A DNA stretch of 64,000 nt from Auanema rhodensis (taxonomy: Eukaryota > Animalia > Nematoda). The notes beneath the pieces were generated by a model. It saw nothing but the letters and a program-made list of their open reading frames with translations, did no database searches and had not been told where the DNA came from. A program made the translations under genes and the position numbers. Below are positions 24,801 to 40,100 of the stretch, piece by piece. The stretch is from NCBI GenBank assembly GCA_964057225.1, contig OZ059900.1, positions 17,732,001 to 17,796,000 on the forward strand. Reading direction: 5' to 3'. Every line of letters begins with the position of its first letter. The stretch's first letter is position 1.

Positions 24801-27800
24801 CATATGAGTCGTCAAATGCAACGAATTTCAGCGTGTTACATACTAAAATGAAGCATTTCACATGCTGAACACTAGAAAAATACAAAAACACAGTATTTCC
24901 CATGAGAAATATTTTATTATGCTGGAAAACCAGTTTTTTGAAATTTCGCTGTAAACAAGGTTTTGACTTACGATTTCATGTGTTCAAACTCATGCAATGT
25001 CAATGAAACCTAGCTCAAAATTGTTCGTACAACGTCTAGTTCCACTTTCACGACAAAAAAACAGGGGTTAGAAAATTAAGGAAATTAGCATATTCTGAGG
25101 GCACGCCCCTTATGGCTAATATTGATTAAATCGATTTTTGTTCATATGAGTCGTCAAATGCAATTAATTTCAGCGTGTTACATACTAAAATGAAGCATTT
25201 TACATGCTGAACACTAAAAAAATACAAAAACACAGTATTTCCCATGAGAAATATTTTATTATGCTGGAAAACGAGTTTTTGGAAATTTCGCTGTAAACAA
25301 GGTTTTGACTTACGATTTCATGTGTTCAAACTCATGCAATGTCAATGAAACCTAGCTCAAAATTGTTCCTACAACGTCTAGTTCCACTTTCACGACAAAA
25401 AAACAGGGGTTAGAAAATTAAGGAAATTAGCATATTCTGAGGGCACGCCCTTTATGGCTAATATTGATTAAATCGATTTTTGTTCATATGAGTCGTGAAA
25501 TGCAACGAATTTCAGCGTGTTACATACTAAAATGAAACATTTTACATGCTGAACACTATAAAAATACAAAAACACAGTATTTCCCATGAGAAATATTTTA
25601 TTATGCTGGAAAACCAGTTTTTGGAAATTTCGCTGTAAACAAGGTTTTGACTTACGATTTCATGTGTTCAAACTCATGCAATGTCAATGAAACCTAGCTC
25701 AAAATTGTTCGTACAACGTCTAGTTCCACTTTCACGACAAAAAAACAGGGGTTAGAAAATTAAGGAAATTAGCATATTCTGAGGGCACGCCCCTTATGGC
25801 TAATATTGATTAAATCGATTTTTGTTCATATGAGTCGTCAAATGCAACGAATTTCAGCGTGTTACATACTAAAATGAAGCATTTTACATGCTGAACACTA
25901 GAAAAATACAAAAACACAGTATTTCTCATGAGAAATATTTTATTATGCTGGAAAACCAGTTTTTGGAAATTTCGCTGTAAACAAGGTTTTGACTTACGAT
26001 TTCATGTGTTCAAACTCATGCAATGTCAATAAAACCTAGCTCAAAATTGTTCGTACAACGTCTAGTTCCACTTTCACGACAAAAAAACAGGGGTTAGAAA
26101 ATTAAGGAAATTAGCATATTCTGAGGGCACGCCCCTTATGGCTAATATTGATTAAATCGATTTTTGTTCATATGAGTCGTCAAATGCAACGAATTTCAGC
26201 GTGTTACATACTAAAATGAAGCATTTTACATGCTGAACACTATAAAAATACAAAAACACAGTATTTCCCATGAGAAATATTTTATTATGCTGGAAAACCA
26301 GTTTTTGGAAATTTCGCTGTAAACAAGGTTTTGACTTACGATTTCATGTGTTCAAACTCATGCAATGTCAATGAAACCTAGCTCAAAATTGTTCCTACAA
26401 CGTCTAGTTCCACTTTCACGACAAAAAACAGGGGTTAGAAAATTAAGGAAATTAGCATATTCTGAGGGCACGCCCCTTATGGCTAATATTGATTATATCG
26501 ATTTTTGTTCATATGAGTCGTCAAATGCAACGAATTTCAGCGTGTTACATACTAAAATGAAGCATTTTACATGCTGAACACTAGAAAAATACAAAAACAC
26601 AGTATTTCTCATGAGAAATATTTTATTATGCTGGAAAACCAGTTTTTGGAAATTTCGCTGTAAACAAGGTTTTGACTTACGATTTCATGTGTTCAAACTC
26701 ATGCAATGTCAATAAAACCTAGCTCAAAATTGTTCGTACAACGTCTAGTTCCACTTTCACGACAAAAAACAGGGGTTAGAAAATTAAGGAAATTAGCATA
26801 TTCTGAGGGCACGCCCCTTATGGCTAATATTGATTAAATCGATTTTTGTTCATATGAGTCGTCAAATGCAACGAATTTCAGCGTGTTACATACTAAAATG
26901 AAGCATTTTACATGCTGAACACTAGAAAAATACAAAAACACAGTATTTCTCATGAGAAATATTTTATTATGCTGGAAAACCAGTTTTTGGAAATTTCGCT
27001 GTAAACAAGGTTTTGACTTACGATTTCATGTGTTCAAACTCATGCAATGTCAATAAAACCTAGCTCAAAATTGTTCGTACAACGTCTAGTTCCACTTTCA
27101 CGACAAAAAAACAGGGGTTAGAAAATTAAGGAAATTAGCATATTCTGAGGGCACGCCCCTTATGGCTAATATTGATTAAATCGATTTTTGTTCATATGAG
27201 TCGTCAAATGCAACGAATTTCAGCGTGTTACATACTAAAATGAAGCATTTTACATGCTGAACACTAGAAAAATACAAAAACACAGTATTTCCCATGAGAA
27301 ATATTTTATTATGCTGGAAAACCAGTTTTTGGAAATTTCGCTGTAAACAAGGTTTTGACTTACGATTTCATGTGTTCAAACTCATGCAATGTCAATGAAA
27401 CCTAGCTCAAAATTGTTCCTACAACGTCTAGTTCCACTTTCACGACAACAAAACAGGGGTTAGAAAATTAAGGAAATTAGCATATTCTGAGGGCACGCCC
27501 CTTATGGCTAATATTGATTAAATCGATTTTTGTTCATATGAGTCGTCAAATGCAACGAATTTCAGCGTGTTACATACTAAAATGAAGCATTTTACATGCT
27601 GAACACTATAAAAATACAAAAACACAGTATTTCCCATGAGAAATATTTTATTATGCTGGAAAACCAGTTTTTGGAAATTTCGCTGTAAACAAGGTTTTGA
27701 CTTACGATTTCATGTGTTCAAACTCATGCAATGTCAATGAAACCTAGCTCAAAATTGTTCCTACAACGTCTAGTTCCACTTTCACGACAAAAAACAGGGG

Positions 27801-30800
27801 TTAGAAAATTAAGGAAATTAGCATATTCTGAGGGCACGCCCCTTATGGCTAATATTGATTAAATCGATTTTTGTTCATATGAGTCGTCAAATGCAATTAA
27901 TTTCAGCGTGTTACATACTAAAATGAAGCATTTTACATGCTGAACACTAAAAAAATACAAAAACACAGTATTTCCCATGAGAAATATTTTATTATGCTGG
28001 AAAACGAGTTTTTGGAAATTTCGCTGTAAACAAGGTTTTGACTTACGATTTCATGTGTTCAAACTCATGCAATGTCAATGAAACCTAGCTCAAAATTGTT
28101 CCTACAACGTCTAGTTCCACTTTCACGACAACAAAACAGGGGTTAGAAAATTAAGGAAATTAGCATATTCTGAGGGCACGCCCCTTATGGCTAATATTGA
28201 TTAAATCGATTTTTGTTCATATGAGTCGTCAAATGCAACGAATTTCAGCGTGTTACATACTAAAATGAAGCATTTCACATGCTGAACACTAGAAAAATAC
28301 AAAAACACAGTATTTCCCATGAGAAATATTTTATTATGCTGGAAAACCAGTTTTTGGAAATTTCGCTGTAAACAAGGTTTTGACTTACGATTTCATGTGT
28401 TCAAACTCATGCAATGTCAATGAAACCTAGCTCAAAATTGTTCCTACAACGTCTAGTTCCACTTTCACGACAAAAAACAGGGGTTAGAAAATTAAGGAAA
28501 TTAGCATATTCTGAGGGCACGCCCCTTATGGCTAATATTGATTAAATCGATTTTTGTTCATATGAGTCGTCAAATGCAATTAATTTCAGCGTGTTACATA
28601 CTAAAATGAAGCATTTTACATGCTGAACACTAAAAAAATACAAAAACACAGTATTTCCCATGAGAAATATTTTATTATGCTGGAAAACGAGTTTTTGGAA
28701 ATTTCGCTGTAAACAAGGTTTTGACTTACGATTTCATGTGTTCAAACTCATGCAATGTCAATGAAACCTAGCTCAAAATTGTTCCTACAACGTCTAGTTC
28801 CACTTTCACGACAACAAAACAGGGGTTAGAAAATTAAGGAAATTAGCATATTCTGAGGGCACGCCCCTTATGGCTAATATTGATTAAATCGATTTTTGTT
28901 CATATGAGTCGTCAAATGCAACGAATTTCAGCGTGTTACATACTAAAATGAAGCATTTCACATGCTGAACACTAGAAAAATACAAAAACACAGTATTTCC
29001 CATGAGAAATATTTTATTATGCTGGAAAACCAGTTTTTGGAAATTTCGCTGTAAACAAGGTTTTGACTTACGATTTCATGTGTTCAAACTCATGCAATGT
29101 CAATGAAACCTAGCTCAAAATTGTTCCTACAACGTCTAGTTCCACTTTCACGACAACAAAACAGGGGTTAGAAAACTAAGGAAATTAGCATATTCTGAGG
29201 GCACGCCCCTTATGGCTAATATTGATTAAATCGATTTTTGTTCATATGAGTCGTCAAATGCAACGAATTTCAGCGTGTTACATACCAAAATGAAGCATTT
29301 CACATGCTGAACACTAGAAAAATACAAAAACACAGTATTTCCCATGAGAAATATTTTATTATGCTGGAAAACCAGTTTTTGGAAATTTCGCTGTAAACAA
29401 GGTTTTGACTTACGATTTCATGTGTTCAAACTCATGCAATGTCAATAAAACCTAGCTCAAAATTGTTCGTACAACGTCTAGTTCCACTTTCACGACAAAA
29501 AAACAGGGGTTAGAAAATTAAGGAAATTAGCATATTCTGAGGGCACGCCCCTTATGGCTAATATTGATTAAATCGATTTTTGTTCATATGAGTCGTCAAA
29601 TGCAACGAATTTCAGCGTGTTACATACTAAAATGAAGCATTTCACATGCTGAACACTAGAAAAATACAAAAACACAGTATTTCCCATGAGAAATATTTTA
29701 TTATGCTGGAAAACCAGTTTTTGGAAATTTCGCTGTAAACAAGGTTTTGACTTACGATTTCATGTGTTCAAACTCATGCAATGTCAATGAAACCTAGCTC
29801 AAAATTGTTCGTACAACGTCTAGTTCCACTTTCACGACAAAAAAACAGGGGTTAGAAAATTAAGGAAATTAGCATATTCTGAGGGCACGCCCCTTATGGC
29901 TAATATTGATTAAATCGATTTTTGTTCATATGAGTCGTCAAATGCAATTAATTTCAGCGTGTTACATACTAAAATGAAGCATTTTACATGCTGAACACTA
30001 AAAAACTACAAAAACACAGTATTTCCCATGAGAAATATTTTATTATGCTGGAAAACGAGTTTTTGGAAATTTCGCTGTAAACAAGGTTTTGACTTACGAT
30101 TTCATGTGTTCAAACTCATGCAATGTCAATGAAACCTAGCTCAAAATTGTTCCTACAACGTCTAGTTCCACTTTCACGACAAAAAAACAGGGGTTAGAAA
30201 ATTAAGGAAATTAGCATATTCTGAGGGCACGCCCTTTATGGCTAATATTGATTAAATCGATTTTTGTTCATATGAGTCGTCAAATGCAACGAATTTCAGC
30301 GTGTTACATACTAAAATGAAACATTTTACATGCTGAACACTATAAAAATACAAAAACACAGTATTTCCCATGAGAAATATTTTATTATGCTGGAAAACCA
30401 GTTTTTGGAAATTTCGCTGTAAACAAGGTTTTGACTTACGATTTCATGTGTTCAAACTCATGCAATGTCAATGAAACCTAGCTCAAAATTGTTCGTACAA
30501 CGTCTAGTTCCACTTTCACGACAAAAAAACAGGGGTTAGAAAATTAAGGAAATTAGCATATTCTGAGGGCACGCCCCTTATGGCTAATATTGATTAAATC
30601 GATTTTTGTTCATATGAGTCGTCAAATGCAACGAATTTCAGCGTGTTACATACTAAAATGAAGCATTTCACATGCTGAACACTAGAAAAATACAAAAACA
30701 CAGTATTTCCCATGAGAAATATTTTATTATGCTGGAAAACCAGTTTTTGGAAATTTCGCTGTAAACAAGGTTTTGACTTACGATTTCATGTGTTCAAACT

Positions 30801-33800
30801 CATGCAATGTCAATGAAACTTAGCTCAAAATTGTTCGTACAACGTCTAGTTCCACTTTCACGACAAAAAAACAGGGGTTAGAAAATTAAGGAAATTAGCA
30901 TATTCTGAGGGCACGCCCCTTATGGCTAATATTGATTAAATCGATTTTTGTTCATATGAGTCGTCAAATGCAATTAATTTCAGCGTGTTACATACTAAAA
31001 TGAAGCATTTTACATGCTGAACACTAAAAAACTACAAAAACACAGTATTTCCCATGAGAAATATTTTATTATGCTGGAAAACGAGTTTTTGGAAATTTCG
31101 CTGTAAACAAGGTTTTGACTTACGATTTCATGTGTTCAAACTCATGCAATGTCAATGAAACCTAGCTCAAAATTGTTCCTACAACGTCTAGTTCCACTTT
31201 CACGACAAAAAAACAGGGGTTAGAAAATTAAGGAAATTAGCATATTCTGAGGGCACGCCCCTTATGGCTAATATTGATTAAATCGATTTTTGTTCATATG
31301 AGTCGTCAAATGCAACGAATTTCAGCGTGTTACATACTAAAATGAAGCATTTCACATGCTGAACACTAGAAAAATACAAAAACACAGTATTTCCCATGAG
31401 AAATATTTTATTATGCTGGAAAACCAGTTTTTGGAAATTTCGCTGTAAACAAGGTTTTGACTTACGATTTCATGTGTTCAAACTCATGCAATGTCAATAA
31501 AACCTAGCTCAAAATTGTTCGTACAACGTCTAGTTCCACTTTCACGACAAAAAAACAGGGGTTAGAAAATTAAGGAAATTAGCATATTCTGAGGGCACGC
31601 CCCTTATGGCTAATATTGATTAAATCGATTTTTGTTCATATGAGTCGTCAAATGCAACGAATTTCAGCGTGTTACATACTAAAATGAAGCATTTCACATG
31701 CTGAACACTAGAAAAATACAAAAACACAGTATTTCCCATGAGAAATATTTTATTATGCTGGAAAACCAGTTTTTGGAAATTTCGCTGTAAACAAGGTTTT
31801 GACTTACGATTTCATGTGTTCAAACTCATGCAATGTCAATGAAACCTAGCTCAAAATTGTTCCTACAACGTCTAGTTCCACTTTCACGACAAAAAAACAG
31901 GGGTTAGAAAATTAAGGAAATTAGCATATTCTGAGGGCACGCCCTTTATGGCTAATATTGATTAAATCGATTTTTGTTCATATGAGTCGTCAAATGCAAC
32001 GAATTTCAGCGTGTTACATACTAAAATGAAACATTTTACATGCTGAACACTATAAAAATACAAAAACACAGTATTTCCCATGAGAAATATTTTATTATGC
32101 TGGAAAACCAGTTTTTGGAAATTTCGCTGTAAACAAGGTTTTGACTTACGATTTCATGTGTTCAAACTCATGCAATGTCAATAAAACCTAGCTCAAAATT
32201 GTTCGTACAACGTCTAGTTCCACTTTCACGACAAAAAACAGGGGTTAGAAAATTAAGGAAATTAGCATATTCTGAGGGCACGCCCCTTATGGCTAATATT
32301 GATTAAATCGATTTTTGTTCATATGAGTCGTCAAATGCAACGAATTTCAGCGTGTTACATACTAAAATGAAGCATTTTACATGCTGAACACTAGAAAAAT
32401 ACAAAAACACAGTATTTCTCATGAGAAATATTTTATTATGCTGGAAAACCAGTTTTTGGAAATTTCGCTGTAAACAAGGTTTTGACTTACGATTTCATGT
32501 GTTCAAACTCATGCAATGTCAATAAAACCTAGCTCAAAATTGTTCGTACAACGTCTAGTTCCACTTTCACGACAAAAAAACAGGGGTTAGAAAATTAAGG
32601 AAATTAGCATATTCTGAGGGCACGCCCCTTATGGCTAATATTGATTAAATCGATTTTTGTTCATATGAGTCGTCAAATGCAACGAATTTCAGCGTGTTAC
32701 ATACTAAAATGAAGCATTTTACATGCTGAACACTATAAAAATACAAAAACACAGTATTTCCCATGAGAAATATTTTATTATGCTGGAAAACCAGTTTTTG
32801 GAAATTTCGCTGTAAACAAGGTTTTGACTTACGATTTCATGTGTTCAAACTCATGCAATGTCAATGAAACCTAGCTCAAAATTGTTCCTACAACGTCTAG
32901 TTCCACTTTCACGACAAAAAACAGGGGTTAGAAAATTAAGGAAATTAGCATATTCTGAGGGCACGCCCCTTATGGCTAATATTGATTAAATCGATTTTTG
33001 TTCATATGAGTCGTCAAATGCAACGAATTTCAGCGTGTTACATACTAAAATGAAGCATTTTACATGCTGAACACTAGAAAAATACAAAAACACAGTATTT
33101 CTCATGAGAAATATTTTATTATGCTGGAAAACCAGTTTTTGGAAATTTCGCTGTAAACAAGGTTTTGACTTACGATTTCATGTGTTCAAACTCATGCAAT
33201 GTCAATAAAACCTAGCTCAAAATTGTTCGTACAACGTCTAGTTCCACTTTCACGACAAAAAACAGGGGTTAGAAAATTAAGGAAATTAGCATATTCTGAG
33301 GGCACGCCCCTTATGGCTAATATTGATTAAATCGATTTTTGTTCATATGAGTCGTCAAATGCAACGAATTTCAGCGTGTTACATACTAAAATGAAGCATT
33401 TTACATGCTGAACACTAGAAAAATACAAAAACACAGTATTTCTCATGAGAAATATTTTATTATGCTGGAAAACCAGTTTTTGGAAATTTCGCTGTAAACA
33501 AGGTTTTGACTTACGATTTCATGTGTTCAAACTCATGCAATGTCAATAAAACCTAGCTCAAAATTGTTCGTACAACGTCTAGTTCCACTTTCACGACAAA
33601 AAAACAGGGGTTAGAAAATTAAGGAAATTAGCATATTCTGAGGGCACGCCCCTTATGGCTAATATTGATTACATCGATTTTTGTTCATATGAGTCGTCAA
33701 ATGCAACGAATTTCAGCGTGTTACATACTAAAATGAAGCATTTTACATGCTGAACACTAGAAAAATACAAAAACACAGTATTTCCCATGAGAAATATTTT

Positions 33801-34155
33801 ATTATGCTGGAAAACCAGTTTTTGGAAATTTCGCTGTAAACAAGGTTTTGACTTACGATTTCATGTGTTCAAACTCATGCAATGTCAATGAAACCTAGCT
33901 CAAAATTGTTCCTACAACGTCTAGTTCCACTTTCACGACAACAAAACAGGGGTTAGAAAATTAAGGAAATTAGCATATTCTGAGGGCACGCCCCTTATGG
34001 CTAATATTGATTAAATCGATTTTTGTTCATATGAGTCGTCAAATGCAACGAATTTCAGCGTGTTACATACTAAAATGAAGCATTTCACATGCTGAACACT
34101 AGAAAAATACAAAAACACAGTATTTCCCATGAGAAATATTTTATTATGCTGGAAA
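9839..34155 (+). repeat. Long plus-orientation arm (~71 monomers) with local higher-order repeats
   Basis: Uninterrupted GAGGGCACGCCCC orientation. 58-bp deletion at 9960/9961. Variant spacings of 683, 1710, 2735 and 4444 bp. Confidence 0.97.
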
Positions 34156-37100
34156 TTTCATTTTAGTATGTAACACGCTGAAATTCGTTGCATTTGACGA
34201 CTCATATGAACAAAAATCGATTTAATCAATATTAGCCATAAGGGGCGTGCCCTCAGAATATGCTAATTTCCTTAATTTTCTAACCCCTGTTTTTTTGTCG
34301 TGAAAGTGGAACTAGACGTTGTACGAACAATTTTGAGCTAGGTTTCATTGACATTGCATGAGTTTGAACACATGAAATCGTAAGTCAAAACCTTGTTTAC
34401 AGCGAAATTTCCAAAAACTGGTTTTCCAGCATAATAAAATATTTCTCATGGGAAATACTGTGTTTTTGTATTTTTCTAGTGTTCAGCATGTGAAATGCTT
34501 CATTTTAGTATGTAACACGCTGAAATTCGTTGCATTTGACGACTCATATGAACAAAAATCGATTTAATCAATATTAGCCATAAGGGGCGTGCCCTCAGAA
34601 TATGCTAATTTCCTTAATTTTCTAACCCCTGTTTTTTTGTCGTGAAAGTGGAACTAGACGTTGTACGAACAATTTTGAGCTAGGTTTCATTGACATTGCA
34701 TGAGTTTGAACACATGAAATCGTAAGTCAAAACCTTGTTTACAGCGAAATTTCCAAAAACTGGTTTTCCAGCATAATAAAATATTTCTCATGGGAAATAC
34801 TGTGTTTTTGTATTTTTATAGTGTTCAGCATGTAAAATGCTTCATTTTAGTATGTAACACGCTGAAATTCGTTGCATTTGACGACTCATATGAACAAAAA
34901 TCGATTTAATCAATATTAGCCATAAGGGGCGTGCCCTCAGAATATGCTAATTTCCTTAATTTTCTAACCCCTGTTTTTTTGTCGTGAAAGTGGAACTAGA
35001 CGTTGTACGAACAATTTTGAGCTAGGTTTTATTGACATTGCATGAGTTTGAACACATGAAATCGTAAGTCAAAACCTTGTTTACAGCGAAATTTCCAAAA
35101 ACTGGTTTTCCAGCATAATAAAATATTTCTCATGAGAAATACTGTGTTTTTGTATTTTTCTAGTGTTCAGCATGTAAAATGCTTCATTTTAGTATGTAAC
35201 ACGCTGAAATTCGTTGCATTTGACGACTCATATGAACAAAAATCGATTTAATCAATATTAGCCATAAGGGGCGTGCCCTCAGAATATGCTAATTTCCTTA
35301 ATTTTCTAACCCCTGTTTTTTTGTCGTGAAAGTGGAACTAGACGTTGTACGAACAATTTTGAGCTAGGTTTCATTGACATTGCATGAGTTTGAACACATG
35401 AAATCGTAAGTCAAAACCTTGTTTACAGCGAAATTTCCAAAAACTGGTTTTCCAGCATAATAAAATATTTCTCATGGGAAATACTGTGTTTTTGTATTTT
35501 TCTAGTGTTCAGCATGTGAAATGCTTCATTTTAGTATGTAACACGCTGAAATTCGTTGCATTTGACGACTCATATGAACAAAAATCGATTTAATCAATAT
35601 TAGCCATAAGGGGCGTGCCCTCAGAATATGCTAATTTCCTTAATTTTCTAACCCCTGTTTTGTTGTCGTGAAAGTGGAACTAGACGTTGTAGGAACAATT
35701 TTGAGCTAGGTTTCATTGACATTGCATGAGTTTGAACACATGAAATCGTAAGTCAAAACCTTGTTTACAGCGAAATTTCCAAAAACTGGTTTTCCAGCAT
35801 AATAAAATATTTCTCATGGGAAATACTGTGTTTTTGTATTTTTATAGTGTTCAGCATGTAAAATGTTTCATTTTAGTATGTAACACGCTGAAATTCGTTG
35901 CATTTGACGACTCATATGAACAAAAATCGATTTAATCAATATAAGCCATAAAGGGCGTGCCCTCAGAATCTGCTAATTTCCTTAATTTTCTAACCCCTGT
36001 TTTTTTGTCGTGAAAGTGGAACTAGACGTTGTAGGAACAATTTTGAGCTAGATTTCATTGACATTGCATGAGTTTGAACACATGAAATCGTAAGTCAAAA
36101 CCTTGTTTACAGCGAAATTTCCAAAAACTCGTTTTCCAGCATAATAAAATATTTCTCATGGGAAATACTGTGTTTTTGTATTTTTTTAGTGTTCAGCATG
36201 TAAAATGCTTCATTTTAGTATGTAACACGCTGAAATTCGTTGCATTTGACGACTCATATGAACAAAAATCGATTTAATCAATATTAGCCATAAGGGGCGT
36301 GCCCTCAGAATATGCTAATTTCCTTAATTTTCTAACCCCTGTTTTTTTGTCGTGAAAGTGGAACTAGACGTTGTACGAACAATTTTGAGCTAGGTTTCAT
36401 GGACATTGCATGAGTTTGAACACATGAAATCGTAAGTCAAAACCTTGTTTACAGCGAAATTTCCAAAAACTGGTTTTCCAGCATAATAAAATATTTCTCA
36501 TGGGAAATACTGTGTTTTTGTATTTTTATAGTGTTCAGCATGTAAAATGTTTCATTTTAGTATGTAACACGCTGAAATTCGTTGCATTTGACGACTCATA
36601 TGAACAAAAATCGATTTAATCAATATAAGCCATAAAGGGCGTGCCCTCAGAATCTGCTAATTTCCTTAATTTTCTAACCCCTGTTTTTTTGTCGTGAAAG
36701 TGGAACTAGACGTTGTAGGAACAATTTTGAGCTAGATTTCATTGACATTGCATGAGTTTGAACACATGAAATCGTAAGTCAAAACCTTGTTTACAGCGAA
36801 ATTTCCAAAAACTCGTTTTCCAGCATAATAAAATATTTCTCATGAGAAATACTGTGTTTTTGTATTTTTCTAGTGTTCAGCATGTGAAATGCTTCATTTT
36901 AGTATGTAACACGCTGAAATTCGTTGCATTTGACGACTCATATGAACAAAAATCGATTTAATCAATATTAGCCATAAGGGGCGTGCCCTCAGAATATGCT
37001 AATTTCCTTAATTTTCTAACCCCTGTTTTTTTGTCGTGAAAGTGGAACTAGACGTTGTAGGAACAATTTTGAGCTAGGTTTCATTGACATTGCATGAGTT

Positions 37101-40100
37101 TGAACACATGAAATCGTAAGTCAAAACCTTGTTTACAGCGAAATTTCCAAAAACTGGTTTTCCAGCATAATAAAATATTTCTCATGGGAAATACTGTGTT
37201 TTTGTATTTTTATAGTGTTCAGCATGTAAAATGTTTCATTTTAGTATGTAACACGCTGAAATTCGTTGCATTTGACGACTCATATGAACAAAAATCGATT
37301 TAATCAATATAAGCCATAAAGGGCGTGCCCTCAGAATCTGCTAATTTCCTCAATTTTCTAACCCCTGTTTTTTTGTCGTGAAAGTGGAACTAGACGTTGT
37401 AGGAACAATTTTGAGCTAGATTTCATTGACATTGCATGAGTTTGAACACATGAAATCGTAAGTCAAAACCTTGTTTACAGCGAAATTTCCAAAAACTCGT
37501 TTTCCAGCATAATAAAATATTTCTCATGGGAAATACTGTGTTTTTGTATTTTTATAGTGTTCAGCATGTAAAATGTTTCATTTTAGTATGTAACACGCTG
37601 AAATTCGTTGCATTTGACGACTCATATGAACAAAAATCGATTTAATCAATATAAGCCATAAAGGGCGTGCCCTCAGAATCTGCTAATTTCCTTAATTTTC
37701 TAACCCCTGTTTTTTTGTCGTGAAAGTGGAACTAGACGTTGTAGGAACAATTTTGAGCTAGATTTCATTGACATTGCATGAGTTTGAACACATGAAATCG
37801 TAAGTCAAAACCTTGTTTACAGCGAAATTTCCAAAAACTCGTTTTCCAGCATAATAAAATATTTCTCATGAGAAATACTGTGTTTTTGTATTTTTCTAGT
37901 GTTCAGCATGTGAAATGCTTCATTTTAGTATGTAACACGCTGAAATTCGTTGCATTTGACGACTCATATGAACAAAAATCGATTTAATCAATATTAGCCA
38001 TAAGGGGCGTGCCCTCAGAATATGCTAATTTCCTTAATTTTCTAACCCCTGTTTTTTTGTCGTGAAAGTGGAACTAGACGTTGTAGGAACAATTTTGAGC
38101 TAGGTTTCATTGACATTGCATGAGTTTGAACACATGAAATCGTAAGTCAAAACCTTGTTTACAGCGAAATTTCCAAAAACTGGTTTTCCAGCATAATAGA
38201 ATATTTCTCATGGGAAATACTGTGTTTTTGTATTTTTATAGTGTTCAGCATGTAAAATGTTTCATTTTAGTATGTAACACGCTGAAATTCGTTGCATTTG
38301 ACGACTCATATGAACAAAAATCGATTTAATCAATATAAGCCATAAAGGGCGTGCCCTCAGAATCTGCTAATTTCCTCAATTTTCTAACCCCTGTTTTTTT
38401 GTCGTGAAAGTGGAACTAGACGTTGTAGGAACAATTTTGAGCTAGATTTCATTGACATTGCATGAGTTTGAACACATGAAATCGTAAGTCAAAACCTTGT
38501 TTACAGCGAAATTTCCAAAAACTCGTTTTCCAGCATAATAAAATATTTCTCATGGGAAATACTGTGTTTTTGTATTTTTCTAGTGTTCAGCATGTGAAAT
38601 GCTTCATTTTAGTATGTAACACGCTGAAATTCGTTGCATTTGACGACTCATATGAACAAAAATCGATTTAATCAATATTAGCCATAAGGGGCGTGCCCTC
38701 AGAATATGCTAATTTCCTTAATTTTCTAACCCCTGTTTTTTTGTCGTGAAAGTGGAACTAGACGTTGTACGAACAATTTTGAGCTAGGTTTCATTGACAT
38801 TGCATGAGTTTGAACACATGAAATCGTAAGTCAAAACCTTGTTTACAGCGAAATTTCCAAAAACTGGTTTTCCAGCATAATAAAATATTTCTCATGGGAA
38901 ATACTGTGTTTTTGTATTTTTATAGTGTTCAGCATGTAAAATGTTTCATTTTAGTATGTAACACGCTGAAATTCGTTGCATTTGACGACTCATATGAACA
39001 AAAATCGATTTAATCAATATAAGCCATAAAGGGCGTGCCCTCAGAATCTGCTAATTTCCTTAATTTTCTAACCCCTGTTTTTTTGTCGTGAAAGTGGAAC
39101 TAGACGTTGTAGGAACAATTTTGAGCTAGGTTTCATTGACATTGCATGAGTTTGAACACATGAAATCGTAAGTCAAAACCTTGTTTACAGCGAAATTTCC
39201 AAAAACTCGTTTTCCAGCATAATAAAATATTTCTCATGGGAAATACTGTGTTTTTGTATTTTTTTAGTGTTCAGCATGTAAAATGCTTCATATTAGTATG
39301 TGACACGCTGAAATTAATTGCATTTGACGACTCATATGAACAAAAATCGATTTAATCAATATTAGCCATAAGGGGCGTGCCCTCAGAATATGCTAATTTC
39401 CTCAATTTTCTAACCCCTGTTTTTTTGTCGTGAAAGTGAAACTAGACGTTGTACGAACAATTTTGAGCTAGGTTTCATTGACATTGCATGAGTTTGAACA
39501 CATGAAATCGTAAGTCAAAACCTTGTTTACAGCGAAATTTCCAAAAACTGGTTTTCCAGCATAATAAAATATTTCTCATGGGAAATACTGTGTTTTTGTA
39601 TTTTTCTAGTGTTCAGCATGTGAAATGCTTCATTTTAGTATGTAACACGCTGAAATTCGTTGCATTTGACGACTCATATGAACAAAAATCGATTTAATCA
39701 ATATTAGCCATAAGGGGCGTGCCCTCAGAATATGCTAATTTCCTTAATTTTCTAACCCCTGTTTTTTTGTCGTGAAAGTGGAACTAGACGTTGTACGAAC
39801 AATTTTGAGCTAGGTTTCATTGACATTGCATGAGTTTGAACACATGAAATCGTAAGTCAAAACCTTGTTTACAGCGAAATTTCCAAAAACTCGTTTTCCA
39901 GCATAATAAAATATTTCTCATGGGAAATACTGTGTTTTTGTATTTTTATAGTGTTCAGCATGTAAAATGTTTCATTTTAGTATGTAACACGCTGAAATTC
40001 GTTGCATTTGACGACTCATATGAACAAAAATCGATTTAATCAATATTAGCCATAAAGGGCGTGCCCTCAGAATCTGCTAATTTCCTCAATTTTCTAACCC

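Noticed and set aside
26365-26577. 70-aa ORF
   Set aside because: Opened by the A6 frameshift plus a single TAA-to-TAT variant in one monomer.
202-34156. Short spacers (49, 70, 77 bp) at all junction types as proof of hairpin-primed fold-back
   Set aside because: In a 342-bp tandem array any inversion junction leaves a spacer of at most about 171 bp, so three such values are not significant.
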